IMG/VR virus record: IMGVR_UViG_2540341061_000001
Span: 149 to 64,148 of that record
Direction: 5' to 3' (one strand)
DNA length: 64,000 nt
Origin: a virus
Under the pieces are notes generated by a model that worked only from the letters and a program-made list of their open reading frames with translations, did not search any database and was not told where the DNA came from. Position numbers and translations under genes: made by a program. This document shows positions 47,001 to 55,958 of this stretch, one piece after another. How positions within the stretch are numbered: position 1 is the first letter of the stretch; each line of letters starts with the position of its first letter.

Positions 47001-47107
47001 AAACGGAATAAAGATTCTGGCCAGGATGATAGCGGAAGCATACATTGAAGAGCTATCTCAGAAACCACATCAAGATGATGAATTAAAGGAAATGAAGGAG
47101 GATGACA

Positions 47108-48088
47108 ATGCCAATCAAAGGTGTGACCGGAGTGGTGAGGCTTCCCCGCCTGGGAAAAGTAAGGCTGGGAGTAAAAAAAGAAAATGCTAGCGGCATATCT
47201 TATCCCTGCCCAACGGATCATTTTGTCTGCCCGGAAGAGGTCAAGAAGGTCTTTGGCGAAAAGCCTAAAGAGCTACGAATCATGTTCCCTACCGATGACC
47301 AGACCCAGTGGGCCAGCCAGTATTTAAGATGTTACTCGGCATCGAGAGGACTCGTTTGCCGTGGCGACGGTGAAACGGCAGTCGCCAAGATTGACACCCG
47401 AACCGGTGAGATTGCCAACAGAGATTCTGTTGAGATGGAAATGAAGGAAATCACCTGTAATCCGGCCAAGTGTACCTTCTATCAAGTAGCACGGTGCCGC
47501 CGAGTGATGAACCTACAATTCCTTTTGCCTGACTGTCCCGGCTTCGGCGTTTACCAGCTCGATACCAGCTCTTTTTATTCTATTGTAAATGTTAATTCCA
47601 GCCTTGAACTGATTCGCGGTACCTGCGGCCGACTGTCTATGATTCCGCTATCACTGAAGCTCGTGGAACAGGAAGTACAGCCGGAAGGAAAGAAAAAGAC
47701 TGTCCGGGTGCTCAGCATGACGGCGCCCTTTTCATTGGTAGAAATCCAACGATATGCACAAATTCCACCCGGGCAGGTTTTGCTCCTACCTCCGCCCGAC
47801 AATGAAGGACCTGATGATCTTTTCCCGGATGAAATCCTGGGTAAAGAAGAACCTGCGAAGACAATTTTGGGTTCGGACAAAGATTTAATGCTGCTCTGGG
47901 ATCGGGTCAAGAGTAAGGTCTGGCAAATGAACATGCAGGATTACCAGGTATCAAACTGGTTTCAAAAGAACTGTAACCTTGATGTCCATATAACCGACTT
48001 TGATCTTCTGACACCTCCGAACAGGATTAAGGCCGAGTACCTAGAAAACTTCTTGAAGACCCTGGAACGATATACAGATCGCAGCTAG
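47108..48088 (+). CDS. Gp3-like/recombination-directionality-factor-like protein
   Basis: LPRLGKVRLG, CRGDGETA, L.F.LPD..GFGVYQLDT.SF.S motifs, Cys cluster. Confidence 0.6.
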   Translation: MPIKGVTGVVRLPRLGKVRLGVKKENASGISYPCPTDHFVCPEEVKKVFGEKPKELRIMFPTDDQTQWASQYLRCYSASRGLVCRGDGETAVAKIDTRTGEIANRDSVEMEMKEITCNPAKCTFYQVARCRRVMNLQFLLPDCPGFGVYQLDTSSFYSIVNVNSSLELIRGTCGRLSMIPLSLKLVEQEVQPEGKKKTVRVLSMTAPFSLVEIQRYAQIPPGQVLLLPPPDNEGPDDLFPDEILGKEEPAKTILGSDKDLMLLWDRVKSKVWQMNMQDYQVSNWFQKNCNLDVHITDFDLLTPPNRIKAEYLENFLKTLERYTDRS

Positions 48089-48137
48089 AACACAGGATTC
48101 TAATCACCCCGTAGAAAAGTGTTCTTAAAGGATTGCC

Positions 48138-50333
48138 ATGCCTGAACTTGTTTTTTCAGAAGCTGTCCCGCAACTCCTGGCCGAGCATCTTACTCATCTA
48201 AGTGAAGGAAGCGGTATCAGCCTCGATGTCATAAAAGAAAGAGGATACCGGAGCATACTCGGTAAAGACGAGCTTGCCAAAGCGGGGTTTACCTCTTCTC
48301 AGCAGAGAACTACCGGTATCCTCATCCCTCTGTGGGGAGTTGATGGTGGGCAAGTAGGTTACCAGTACCGCCCGGATAATCCCCGTTCGGACTCAAGGCA
48401 GCGACCGGTGAAATACGAGTCCCCCATAGGGTCTTCAAATCATCTAGATTGTCCGCCTCGTAGCAAGCCAATGCTTGGCGACCCCAAGACGCCGCTATGG
48501 ATAACCGAAGGCTCTAAAAAAGCCGATGCCCTGGCATCTCATGGTGCCTGCGTAATTTCGCTCACCGGTGTCTGGGGCTTCAAGGGCAAAAATGAGTTCG
48601 GTGCGATAACGTTATTATCTGACTGGGACCACATTGCCATCAAAGACAGGTTAGTCTATCTCGCCTTCGACTCTGACATTGTTTCCAAGGAGATGGTACG
48701 AAAAGCCCTCGAACATCTGGGTGAGCATCTCAGCCGCAAAGGCGCTACCATCCTGGTCGTTTATCTCCCACAAGAAGGCAGCCAGAAAGTCGGCATCGAT
48801 GATTATCTGCTTAACCATACACTTGAAGAAGCTCGGAAACTGGCGACTGATTTCAAGATTGATGATACAGCGAGCAGAGAGCGATTCGTCCCGGGCTTTG
48901 TCCTGCATGATGGTACAGTAGGCGAAATGGTAGTGAGTAAAGAGGATGAGCGTGCCTTTATCATTGTCGTCAGCGGCTCGGTCCGCAAGGTCTTTCGTTA
49001 CGAGACACCCAAGGCTATATATCTTCCTACCGACGATCCCCTGGTAACCGAGGTCGTCCACTTCGCCACGACAGCTACCCCTTATGATTCACAGGCGCGT
49101 TTGTTTGAAGAGATACGGAGTTTTGTTCACAAGTATCTCGAACTTCAGGCTGACTTCGAGGAAATATCTTCTCTTTACGTGCTTCTTACCTGGGTGTATG
49201 AATTTGCTCCCTCGATACCATACCTCCGGGTAATCGGCGATTGGGGTACCGGCAAGACACGGTTTCTACAGGTGGTAGGTAGCATCTGCTTTCGACCGAC
49301 ATTCGCTTCTGGAGCGACCACTCCGGCGCCTATATTTCGGATATTGGAGCAGTTCCGGGGGACACTGGTTTTAGATGAGGCGGACTTCAAAGATTCTTCG
49401 TCCTGGATGGAAATGGTCAAACTTTTAAACAATGGTTACCGCCCCGGTATGCCGGTGCTCAGGGCAGACAAAGAGAATGGCAAATGGTTCCCGCGTGCCT
49501 ACCAGGTATTTGGGCCGAAACTCATTGCTACCCGCTTCCCTTTCAAAGACGAGGCTTTGGAGAGCCGATGTCTCACCTCCGAAATGCTGTCGCTGACCAG
49601 GGATGATATTCCCCGGGTACTGCCACCGACTTTCGACAAAGAGATCGATGACCTGAGAGCCAAGTTGTTAACCTTCCGGCTGGCGAACCTGACCAAGCTC
49701 AAGGGTAAAACCTTCGGCAATGAACTGCTGGAACCCAATCTTCAACCCCGTTTACAAGAGATACTCATACCGCTCAAAGCGATGCTTAACGGCGACCGTT
49801 CCATGGTTGAAGCAATCACCGGCTTCGTTCATCGTCTCCAGGATAGTCTCTTTATACGAAGAAGAGAGAGCGCCCCGGGTAGAGTGCTGGCGGCGCTGAT
49901 GGAGCTACATGAAGAAGGCAAAGAACTAACATCTGAAAATGTAGCCAGGAAAGCTAATGAAACGGATGATGAAGTTGAACAGCTCAGCGCGGAAAAGGTC
50001 GGCAGAATGACGAAGCGATTGGGCTTTGCCAAAGAGCGGACCGGAAAGTCACGGCAACGCCTTATCTGCTGGGATGAGACCCGGGTTACCAAACTAATCG
50101 GGTCATATGGCTTGCAGATGGCTCTTCCACTATCCCAGGAAAAACCGTCCGAACCGTCCTTACTGTCCGCTTTAGCTACAAAACAGGCGGACAGTAGTAA
50201 AGAGGGCTCCGTATACCGTCCGCCATACTGTCCGCCAAAAACTGAAGCTGACTCAAGCGTGGGGGCGGACAGTAGGACAGAGCGGACAGTAACTGACGAT
50301 AGATTAACAAAGGAGGCAAGTGGCGGTGAGTAA
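48138..50333 (+). CDS. DUF3854 (Toprim-like) primase fused to a P-loop helicase-like domain
   Basis: ITEGSKKADA, FDSD, GIDDY; GDWGTGKT, LDEAD, ESRCL. Confidence 0.8.
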   Translation: MPELVFSEAVPQLLAEHLTHLSEGSGISLDVIKERGYRSILGKDELAKAGFTSSQQRTTGILIPLWGVDGGQVGYQYRPDNPRSDSRQRPVKYESPIGSSNHLDCPPRSKPMLGDPKTPLWITEGSKKADALASHGACVISLTGVWGFKGKNEFGAITLLSDWDHIAIKDRLVYLAFDSDIVSKEMVRKALEHLGEHLSRKGATILVVYLPQEGSQKVGIDDYLLNHTLEEARKLATDFKIDDTASRERFVPGFVLHDGTVGEMVVSKEDERAFIIVVSGSVRKVFRYETPKAIYLPTDDPLVTEVVHFATTATPYDSQARLFEEIRSFVHKYLELQADFEEISSLYVLLTWVYEFAPSIPYLRVIGDWGTGKTRFLQVVGSICFRPTFASGATTPAPIFRILEQFRGTLVLDEADFKDSSSWMEMVKLLNNGYRPGMPVLRADKENGKWFPRAYQVFGPKLIATRFPFKDEALESRCLTSEMLSLTRDDIPRVLPPTFDKEIDDLRAKLLTFRLANLTKLKGKTFGNELLEPNLQPRLQEILIPLKAMLNGDRSMVEAITGFVHRLQDSLFIRRRESAPGRVLAALMELHEEGKELTSENVARKANETDDEVEQLSAEKVGRMTKRLGFAKERTGKSRQRLICWDETRVTKLIGSYGLQMALPLSQEKPSEPSLLSALATKQADSSKEGSVYRPPYCPPKTEADSSVGADSRTERTVTDDRLTKEASGGE
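50145..50291. repeat. Iteron-like decamer array inside the primase 3' end
   Basis: TACTGTCCGC at 50161 and 50226 (50214 has 1 mismatch); reverse complement GCGGACAGTA at 50187, 50265, 50282. Confidence 0.8.
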
Positions 50334-50619
50334 AAAGAAAAAGAGGACGCTCTATGAATGTGCTCACGCACGGGTGAGAAACGAAAGAATTTGCTGTGAT
50401 AAAGAATACCCTTTATCACAGGCATCCGTAGACGGCAGCCTGGATATCCAGCACCTCGCGGAAGGTAAACCATTAGCGCCCAAAATTTGCCAGCAATGCA
50501 TCAGCTTCGACCGGATTGGACCGCCTGTACCCGAAGAGGAAAGAGGCTGGCTCAAGGTAAAGGAGGCAGTAAAACATGACCGGAATCATCGGCAAGCTTT
50601 ACGAGAAGTTATGGCGTAA
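50320..50619 (+). CDS. Hypothetical Cys-containing protein
   Basis: CAH..CC..CQQC; GGAGG RBS. Confidence 0.6.
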   Translation: MAVSKKKKRTLYECAHARVRNERICCDKEYPLSQASVDGSLDIQHLAEGKPLAPKICQQCISFDRIGPPVPEEERGWLKVKEAVKHDRNHRQALREVMA

Positions 50620-50797
50620 AGTGGGCGGCAAGCCCTGGACGGAGATAGTTCGGGAAGACCAGAAAGCTTCACCCCTGGTGTACCTGCTCATCTTCCTGGG
50701 ACTGGGAGTACTGATGGCCAGACTAGCTGGTAAAAACTGGTGGCAGATACTGGTCGGGTTTTTACTCGGCATAATTTGTGGACATTTCTGGTGGTAA
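50576..50797 (+). CDS. Small two-TM membrane protein
   Basis: Two hydrophobic segments; GGAGG RBS. Confidence 0.7.
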   Translation: MTGIIGKLYEKLWRKVGGKPWTEIVREDQKASPLVYLLIFLGLGVLMARLAGKNWWQILVGFLLGIICGHFWW

Positions 50798-51149
50798 AGC
50801 CGTGGAAGACCAGGTAAAGAAAGCACAAAAGAGGATGACAGAAGCAACAGCAGAAATGATGTCAGGGTGGTTAAGCCAAATGTTGCAAGGTATGTGTAAC
50901 GACCCGGTATTGGGAGAGCTTTGGTCGGCCATGAAGATGAGAAGTCAATCTACCCATCATGCCAGCATTGATTCTTACCAGGTACTCGGGTTGGAGAAAT
51001 CTGTTACCGATGACCAGGTTAAAAGGCGGTACCGGGAACTGGTAGTAAAGCTGCACCCCGATACTGCCGGAGTCAAAGGGACTGAGTTTCTCTTCCAGCT
51101 CGTAACGGCAGCTTATCAGCAAATCTCAAAAGAAAGGGGGTGGCGATGA
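50778..51149 (+). CDS. J-domain (DnaJ-like) protein; start uncertain
   Basis: YQVLGL..VKRRYREL..LHPD..F..V..AY. Confidence 0.85.
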   Translation: MDISGGKAVEDQVKKAQKRMTEATAEMMSGWLSQMLQGMCNDPVLGELWSAMKMRSQSTHHASIDSYQVLGLEKSVTDDQVKRRYRELVVKLHPDTAGVKGTEFLFQLVTAAYQQISKERGWR

Positions 51150-52078
51150 TGAAAGAAGGCGACATGGAGCTACTTACCGAGATTGCGAAGTTTGAGGCAT
51201 CGGTGGACATGGAGAAAGAGTACCGGATTGGCTGGTCGTGGCGTCATGTAAGAATCTGGCCAGCAACACTCAGCCGGCTATTCAAGGACGGCTACCTGGA
51301 TAATGTCTTTCGTTCTAACTCCTTTACAGGATACAAGCTTACAGAAAAAGCTAAAGCTATCCTTCTATCGAACCAGCGAGAAGCTTCTACTGAATCTCAG
51401 TCAGAATCACCGATGAATCCCGGCGATGACCTATTTACAGATATTATCGGGCATGAGGACGTCAAGGCTTTGCTTAAAGCAATTCTTTTGTCAGAAAAGC
51501 CAGTACACGTCATGTTGACGGGACCGCCTGCTCTGGCCAAGACCCTGTTTCTCTGGGACATCGAGCAGACTTTTGGCGAGCAAGCGATCTGGCTGGTCGG
51601 CTCGGCTACTTCCAAGGCGGGATTGTGGGACCTGGTAGCCGAGAGAGAACCGAAAATACTCCTGATTGACGAGATGGACAAGATGAATGCCGTTGATATG
51701 GCAGCTTTACTGACGATGATGGAAGGCGGCAGGCTGGTCAGGGCTAAGCGAGGTCGAGAGCTCGACATCAACAATCCCCTCAAAGTTATTGCCGCCAGTA
51801 ACCGGTTGGAGAAGCTGTCTCCGGAGCTGCGTTCCCGCTTCGCTATCCGTAAGCTCAATGCCTATGGCCGCAGCGAATTCTTGACTGTGGTGCAAGGTGT
51901 ATTGGTACGTAAGGAAGGCTTGTCCGACGACCTGGCCGAAGAGATTGCGAGGAAGCTCGACGGTCGAAGTCAGGATGTCCGGGACGCTATCCGTATCGCC
52001 CGGCTGGCGCCGCAGGTCGGTGTGGATAGAGCAATAAACCTTTTACTGGGAGGTGAAACAGGTACAAGTTCAGACTAG
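51140..52078 (+). CDS. AAA+ ATPase (RuvB/MCM-like) with N-terminal winged-helix-like domain
   Basis: GPPALAKT, LIDEMDK, IAASN, LRSRF. Confidence 0.85.
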   Translation: MAMMKEGDMELLTEIAKFEASVDMEKEYRIGWSWRHVRIWPATLSRLFKDGYLDNVFRSNSFTGYKLTEKAKAILLSNQREASTESQSESPMNPGDDLFTDIIGHEDVKALLKAILLSEKPVHVMLTGPPALAKTLFLWDIEQTFGEQAIWLVGSATSKAGLWDLVAEREPKILLIDEMDKMNAVDMAALLTMMEGGRLVRAKRGRELDINNPLKVIAASNRLEKLSPELRSRFAIRKLNAYGRSEFLTVVQGVLVRKEGLSDDLAEEIARKLDGRSQDVRDAIRIARLAPQVGVDRAINLLLGGETGTSSD

Positions 52079-52230
52079 ACCGGTGACCGGTCGGGAGGTA
52101 AATTAGCTACGATTTTAAGACTGGCAAGCGTGGCAAAAACCAGACCATTTAGCTTCAGGTGGTCTAACCAGACAATAACCAGTCCAGATATAAAGAATAA
52201 ACCAGTAATAACCACATTAGCTTTGGTGGT
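52078..52230. repeat. Intergenic array of phased AACCAG repeats and TTAGCT-loop hairpins
   Basis: AACCAG at 52138, 52166, 52177, 52200 (AACCAC 52210); hairpins 52142-52165 and 52211-52230. Confidence 0.65.
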
Positions 52231-52245
52231 CGGAAAGGAGGATAT

Positions 52246-53067
52246 ATGGACGACCAGTTTTTAGAAGAAGTCAAGAAACGTAAAGAGCGGGGACAATCGG
52301 AAAGGCAGATGGCAACCGAGCTCGGTGTCAGCCGCAGTAAGGTCCACAATGCATTACAGGATCTCAAGCTAACTGAAACCGGCACTTCCCTGGTACCTGA
52401 AGACAAGCTGCGGGTAATTATTCGAGAAGAGCTGGAACGGGTCCGTACCGGAGAGGAAGAAGAGGCTAAGACAAGCAGCGAGTTTCCCATCATACGCAAG
52501 ATGGGCGGTGGTATGGAGATGATTGCTCCGGAGGCAGTACTCAAGCACTACATGGGAGGGACGCCGGAAGGTGAGGTTGAGCTTAGAGCTATTATGAAAT
52601 TCCGGGCGGCCATGTTGATGGTAATGGACCTGGTGAATATCCAGAAGGGTTCGGCGGAGGCTGACGCCAGGCGTATGGAGCCTATTCTAAGGCTAATGAA
52701 AGAGACACGCGAAGAGCAGGATGCGGCAGCGGCAAGGGCAAAGGCTTCCAGTGAGGAGATCGCAGAGCGAACCGCTCAAGCAACAGCAGGTCAACTATTT
52801 GGGGCAATCTCTCAAAGCAACACCCAGGTAAATAGCACACTTGCCCAGATCAAGCAGATGGTTGGTGGACAATCGAATGACCCTTTCAGCCAGGTTGTAA
52901 GCATGCTCCAGTCCATGCAGCAGATGTCCCAGATGTTTGGGATGCCATTACCCGGTATGATGCCGGGAGCGCCGCAGGGGGGCGGAATGCCCGGCGGTCA
53001 ACCGCCTTCGGACCCGCCGCCGATTGAAAAACACACTGCCAAAGAATGGGAGGAAAGAAATGTTTGA
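52246..53067 (+). CDS. N-terminal HTH, coiled coil, Met/Gln/Gly/Pro-rich tail
   Basis: SERQMATELGVSRSKVH HTH; low-complexity C-terminus. Confidence 0.7.
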   Translation: MDDQFLEEVKKRKERGQSERQMATELGVSRSKVHNALQDLKLTETGTSLVPEDKLRVIIREELERVRTGEEEEAKTSSEFPIIRKMGGGMEMIAPEAVLKHYMGGTPEGEVELRAIMKFRAAMLMVMDLVNIQKGSAEADARRMEPILRLMKETREEQDAAAARAKASSEEIAERTAQATAGQLFGAISQSNTQVNSTLAQIKQMVGGQSNDPFSQVVSMLQSMQQMSQMFGMPLPGMMPGAPQGGGMPGGQPPSDPPPIEKHTAKEWEERNV

Positions 53068-53338
53068 TTTTATGCAAATGGCCAATTCACCCCAGGCAAG
53101 GGATATGCTCTTCAAAATGATGAGCCGTCAGATGGGACAGTCTCCGCCGGACGTGAAAGAGGCGATCTCGAAAGTCGAGATTGCTATCAAAAGAAATGAG
53201 CGGGGTTTTGAGTTACGTCTCGGCAAGAGCGAGCATCAGCAGGTCGAGAAGATGCTCCAGGAATCAACCGATAGCTGGATTGAAATGCTCAGCCGCGGCT
53301 TTCAGGCGGTGGGCTATAAGGTAAAAATCTATGAATAA
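53060..53338 (+). CDS. Hypothetical protein
   Basis: GGAGG RBS; coupled overlaps. Confidence 0.7.
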   Translation: MFDFMQMANSPQARDMLFKMMSRQMGQSPPDVKEAISKVEIAIKRNERGFELRLGKSEHQQVEKMLQESTDSWIEMLSRGFQAVGYKVKIYE

Positions 53339-53579
53339 CTGGTTTGCGCCTCTCCAGTGGCTGGTATTTCTGGCACTCTGGAGGATGTCTTACGAGACGG
53401 CCAACGTAAATAAGCCTGCTAACTCAGAAAAGAGTTTCCTTATTGAAAAGACATCACCACTGGAAGCCGGTAATCCAAGGGAAAAGGAATGGACGGAGAA
53501 GGCGATCAATAAGTATGCCGATGCCCAAGAGAAGAAATGGCAGCACTGGAATGAAGCGATGTTTGAGAGGTCAGATTGA
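53331..53579 (+). CDS. Hypothetical protein
   Basis: Overlapping start/stop with both neighbours. Confidence 0.55.
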   Translation: MNNWFAPLQWLVFLALWRMSYETANVNKPANSEKSFLIEKTSPLEAGNPREKEWTEKAINKYADAQEKKWQHWNEAMFERSD

Positions 53580-53755
53580 TGCCACTCCTGGTGGAAAGGA
53601 AGCTTTTCAAGATCGGAGAGGGTGGCTTTGCCGTCACCCTGCCCAAAGCCTGGATAAACTACCACCGGCTTAAACCCGGCGATACGGTCGAGGTCGTGGT
53701 AGATGGAGACCTTATTATCCGGGTCAAGGTGAAGCCGGAAGAGAAGCTTATATAA
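53579..53755 (+). CDS. AbrB/MazE/SpoVT-like DNA-binding protein (58 aa)
   Basis: Not in ORF track; MPLLVERKLFKIGEGGFAVTLPKAWINYHRLKPGDTVEVVVDGDLIIR. Confidence 0.85.
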   Translation: MPLLVERKLFKIGEGGFAVTLPKAWINYHRLKPGDTVEVVVDGDLIIRVKVKPEEKLI

Positions 53756-53803
53756 GATTTTATAGACTTGTCAGGCGAGCCAGGACGCGGTACGCTCTTA
53801 ATG

Positions 53804-53973
53804 AAGCCCTGCGAGCTTGCCGGTGAAAGTTGGCTCGCAGGGCTTGCTTTATTACCGGCAGCTTCGGGGCTTCAAAAAAGGGGTTAGCAACCTGGACCGG
53901 AAGGATTCAAGGCTAACCCCTTTTTCCTTTTCAGCCAGGTTGCACCCCGCTATTACCCGGCCGCGACCGGGTA
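53804..53973 (+). promoter_or_regulatory. Structured leader / candidate cis-regulatory RNA
   Basis: Stems 53804-16/53833-45, 53875-88/53912-25, 53954-60/53967-73; 53887-95 complementary to 53935-43. Confidence 0.55.
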
Positions 53974-53996
53974 CGAATGAAAGAGGAGGTGCCCAT

Positions 53997-54209
53997 ATGG
54001 GTAAGTACGCAAGCTGGAACGAATTCGAGAAAAACGTCCCTATCTCCTACAAGGAGAAGGCCACTCCCGAGGCTTTCCGCACCGGGATGAACGGCATTGC
54101 ACCGACCGGACTGAAGGTTAAAGAGGGACGGGTCAAGCACTACGGCGATGGCGTGGATGGTAAGGGTGAGGTCGTGGTCGCCGGTTACAAGCGCGCTATG
54201 TTCGAGTAG
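53997..54209 (+). CDS. 70-aa soluble protein, first gene of the structural-like operon
   Basis: GAGGAGGT RBS; MGKYASWNEFEKNVP...YKRAMFE. Confidence 0.8.
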   Translation: MGKYASWNEFEKNVPISYKEKATPEAFRTGMNGIAPTGLKVKEGRVKHYGDGVDGKGEVVVAGYKRAMFE

Positions 54210-54252
54210 CGCTTTTACCGCTTGATGCCTATCCAAACGAGGGCACTGCCCT

Positions 54253-54292
54253 TATCGGTTTTACCGCTGTCGCGGTAGCGGTAAAGCTGATA
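54253..54292 (+). terminator. 16-bp hairpin (with G-U pairs) after the 70-aa gene
   Basis: TATCGGTTTTACCGCT-N8-AGCGGTAAAGCTGATA; no clear U-tract. Confidence 0.45.
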
Positions 54293-54338
54293 GACCGGAT
54301 GAGCATCGAGCCTGAAGATTTAGTTTTAGGAGGAGAAT

Positions 54339-54551
54339 ATGTTCACAGCACAGCAACTGACCGGGCCGGTAGCACCGGGGCAAATGAGCCCGATGCAGGT
54401 CAGCGGTCCGGGCGCCTACTATCCCACACAAACCACTACTGACCCCTTCTCAGGCATGTTCACCAGTATGATGCCGATGATCATGATGATCATGATGTTT
54501 GCCATTCTTATGCCCATGATGAAAGGCATGACGGCATCAGCCAAGGACTAA
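54339..54551 (+). CDS. Met-rich single-TM small protein 1
   Basis: YYPTQT then DPFSGMFTSMMPMIMMIMMFAILMPMMKG; AGGAGG RBS. Confidence 0.85.
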   Translation: MFTAQQLTGPVAPGQMSPMQVSGPGAYYPTQTTTDPFSGMFTSMMPMIMMIMMFAILMPMMKGMTASAKD

Positions 54552-54595
54552 CCCCACAAATATATTATTTTGAGAATTTTAGGAGGTAATCAACA

Positions 54596-54799
54596 ATGTA
54601 TAAGGCACAGCAGATCGCCGGCCAGCAAGTTCGCCCCCAGCAGTACCAGTACGGCACGGTCAGTGGTTATTATCCCCTTCAGACCACCGACCCGATTTCG
54701 GGAATGTTCACCAGTATGATGCCCATGATCATGATGATTATGATGATGGCCATTCTTATGCCCATGATGAAGGGCGTCACCGGCTCCAGCAAGTCCTAG
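54596..54799 (+). CDS. Met-rich single-TM small protein 2 (paralog of 54339)
   Basis: YYPLQT then DPISGMFTSMMPMIMMIMMMAILMPMMKG; DNA-level similarity. Confidence 0.85.
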   Translation: MYKAQQIAGQQVRPQQYQYGTVSGYYPLQTTDPISGMFTSMMPMIMMIMMMAILMPMMKGVTGSSKS

Positions 54800-54831
54800 T
54801 GGAGGTGCAATTACATTAAGGAGGTTAATCC

Positions 54832-55410
54832 ATGAAAAACAAAATTGTTCCACAGCAATATGCAGGACAGCGGCCTCCGAAGGGTTGGGTGCCTCCCCTG
54901 GGACAGGAATTAACCCTCCTGGGAGTCTATGATAATGACTCCGGCTACTGGATGGGATTGCCGCTCCAGGTTCTGCGGGAAGCGCTGCTGACCGCTGAAT
55001 CTCTGCACACTGAAGACCGCATTGACGAGCGGGATAAAATCGAGGCCACAGTTCCTAACGCTTCGGCGCAAGATACCGTTAAAACCAAAGAGTTCGAGGT
55101 GCCTGCCGGTGAGGTCTGGTATCTCAACCGTCTCAACCTGATAACCGAAGCTGAGATTTCCGGCAATGTCCGCGTCTCCCGATTCCCCAAGGTCGATACA
55201 GTGGAAAAGAAGTACCTGGGGACCGACCTGGCAGCCAGCCAGAATGAAGATTATGATCTGGCAAGTCCCGGTCAACTCGGTGCTGATTTGAGGATCCTCG
55301 GGGGCGATAAGCTTACCGTGGTCGCCACTGTAACCGCAGTGGGAGGCACTACCGCCGACCGCAAAGTTACCCTGAATGTTTACGGCCGGAAAGCCAGGAG
55401 ACTGGTATAG
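54832..55410 (+). CDS. Beta-rich protein, candidate jelly-roll virion protein
   Basis: VPAGEVWYL and alternating-hydrophobic strands ending VTLNVYGRK; strong RBS. Confidence 0.6.
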   Translation: MKNKIVPQQYAGQRPPKGWVPPLGQELTLLGVYDNDSGYWMGLPLQVLREALLTAESLHTEDRIDERDKIEATVPNASAQDTVKTKEFEVPAGEVWYLNRLNLITEAEISGNVRVSRFPKVDTVEKKYLGTDLAASQNEDYDLASPGQLGADLRILGGDKLTVVATVTAVGGTTADRKVTLNVYGRKARRLV

Positions 55411-55430
55411 CGGCATAAGGAGGTAATCCT

Positions 55431-55958
55431 ATGCCCTATACCATGACACCGCCGGGATATAGGGCTGTCCTAATCGGACAAGCCGTTGCTATCGAGGAAC
55501 TGGGCACCTTCGCCCCGCTTGAAGAAAGTTCGGCTGAAGGTGCTCTTTTCTTAATGAGGCTCGACTTTACCGAGTCTCCGTCTACGGAAGCACTGTCTCA
55601 GCTTGAACAGGCGTGCTTTGACGCGGGAGTCGAATTGTGGCCGGGTTATAGCCACGTTGTCTTTGCCGATGTAGATCAGCCCACAGTTTATCTAGCCTGG
55701 CAAAAAGGATTTGCCTGGCTGCCGATCATTATCGGACTTCTGGTTACCACCGTTTTGCCGCCCTTGTTGGGTTCGCTGGTTTGGTGGTTAATGCCGGAGT
55801 CCTTAAAGAACCTGATCAGCGGCATCGTCAATATGGGAATCATGCTTTTGGTCATGCTTCTTATCAGCAAGCTTATGCCCTCGTTCACCCAGGATAAAGA
55901 GAAGGTAAGGAAAGTAAAACAGGTAGAACCGGAGAAATTAGAGGAGGCGAAGGCATGA
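55431..55958 (+). CDS. Membrane protein with two C-terminal TM segments
   Basis: WLPIIIGLLVTTVLPPLLGSLVWW; GIMLLVMLLISKLMP. Confidence 0.8.
   Translation: MPYTMTPPGYRAVLIGQAVAIEELGTFAPLEESSAEGALFLMRLDFTESPSTEALSQLEQACFDAGVELWPGYSHVVFADVDQPTVYLAWQKGFAWLPIIIGLLVTTVLPPLLGSLVWWLMPESLKNLISGIVNMGIMLLVMLLISKLMPSFTQDKEKVRKVKQVEPEKLEEAKA

Noticed and set aside
46918-47190. ORF between Cro and the Gp3-like gene
   Set aside because: Overlaps the next gene by more than 80 nt, has no clear RBS and no recognisable motif; left unannotated
54339-54799. Met-rich peptides as copper/silver resistance proteins
   Set aside because: Met runs form hydrophobic TM-length helices without His/Cys, and there are no metal transport or sensor genes nearby; not fully excluded
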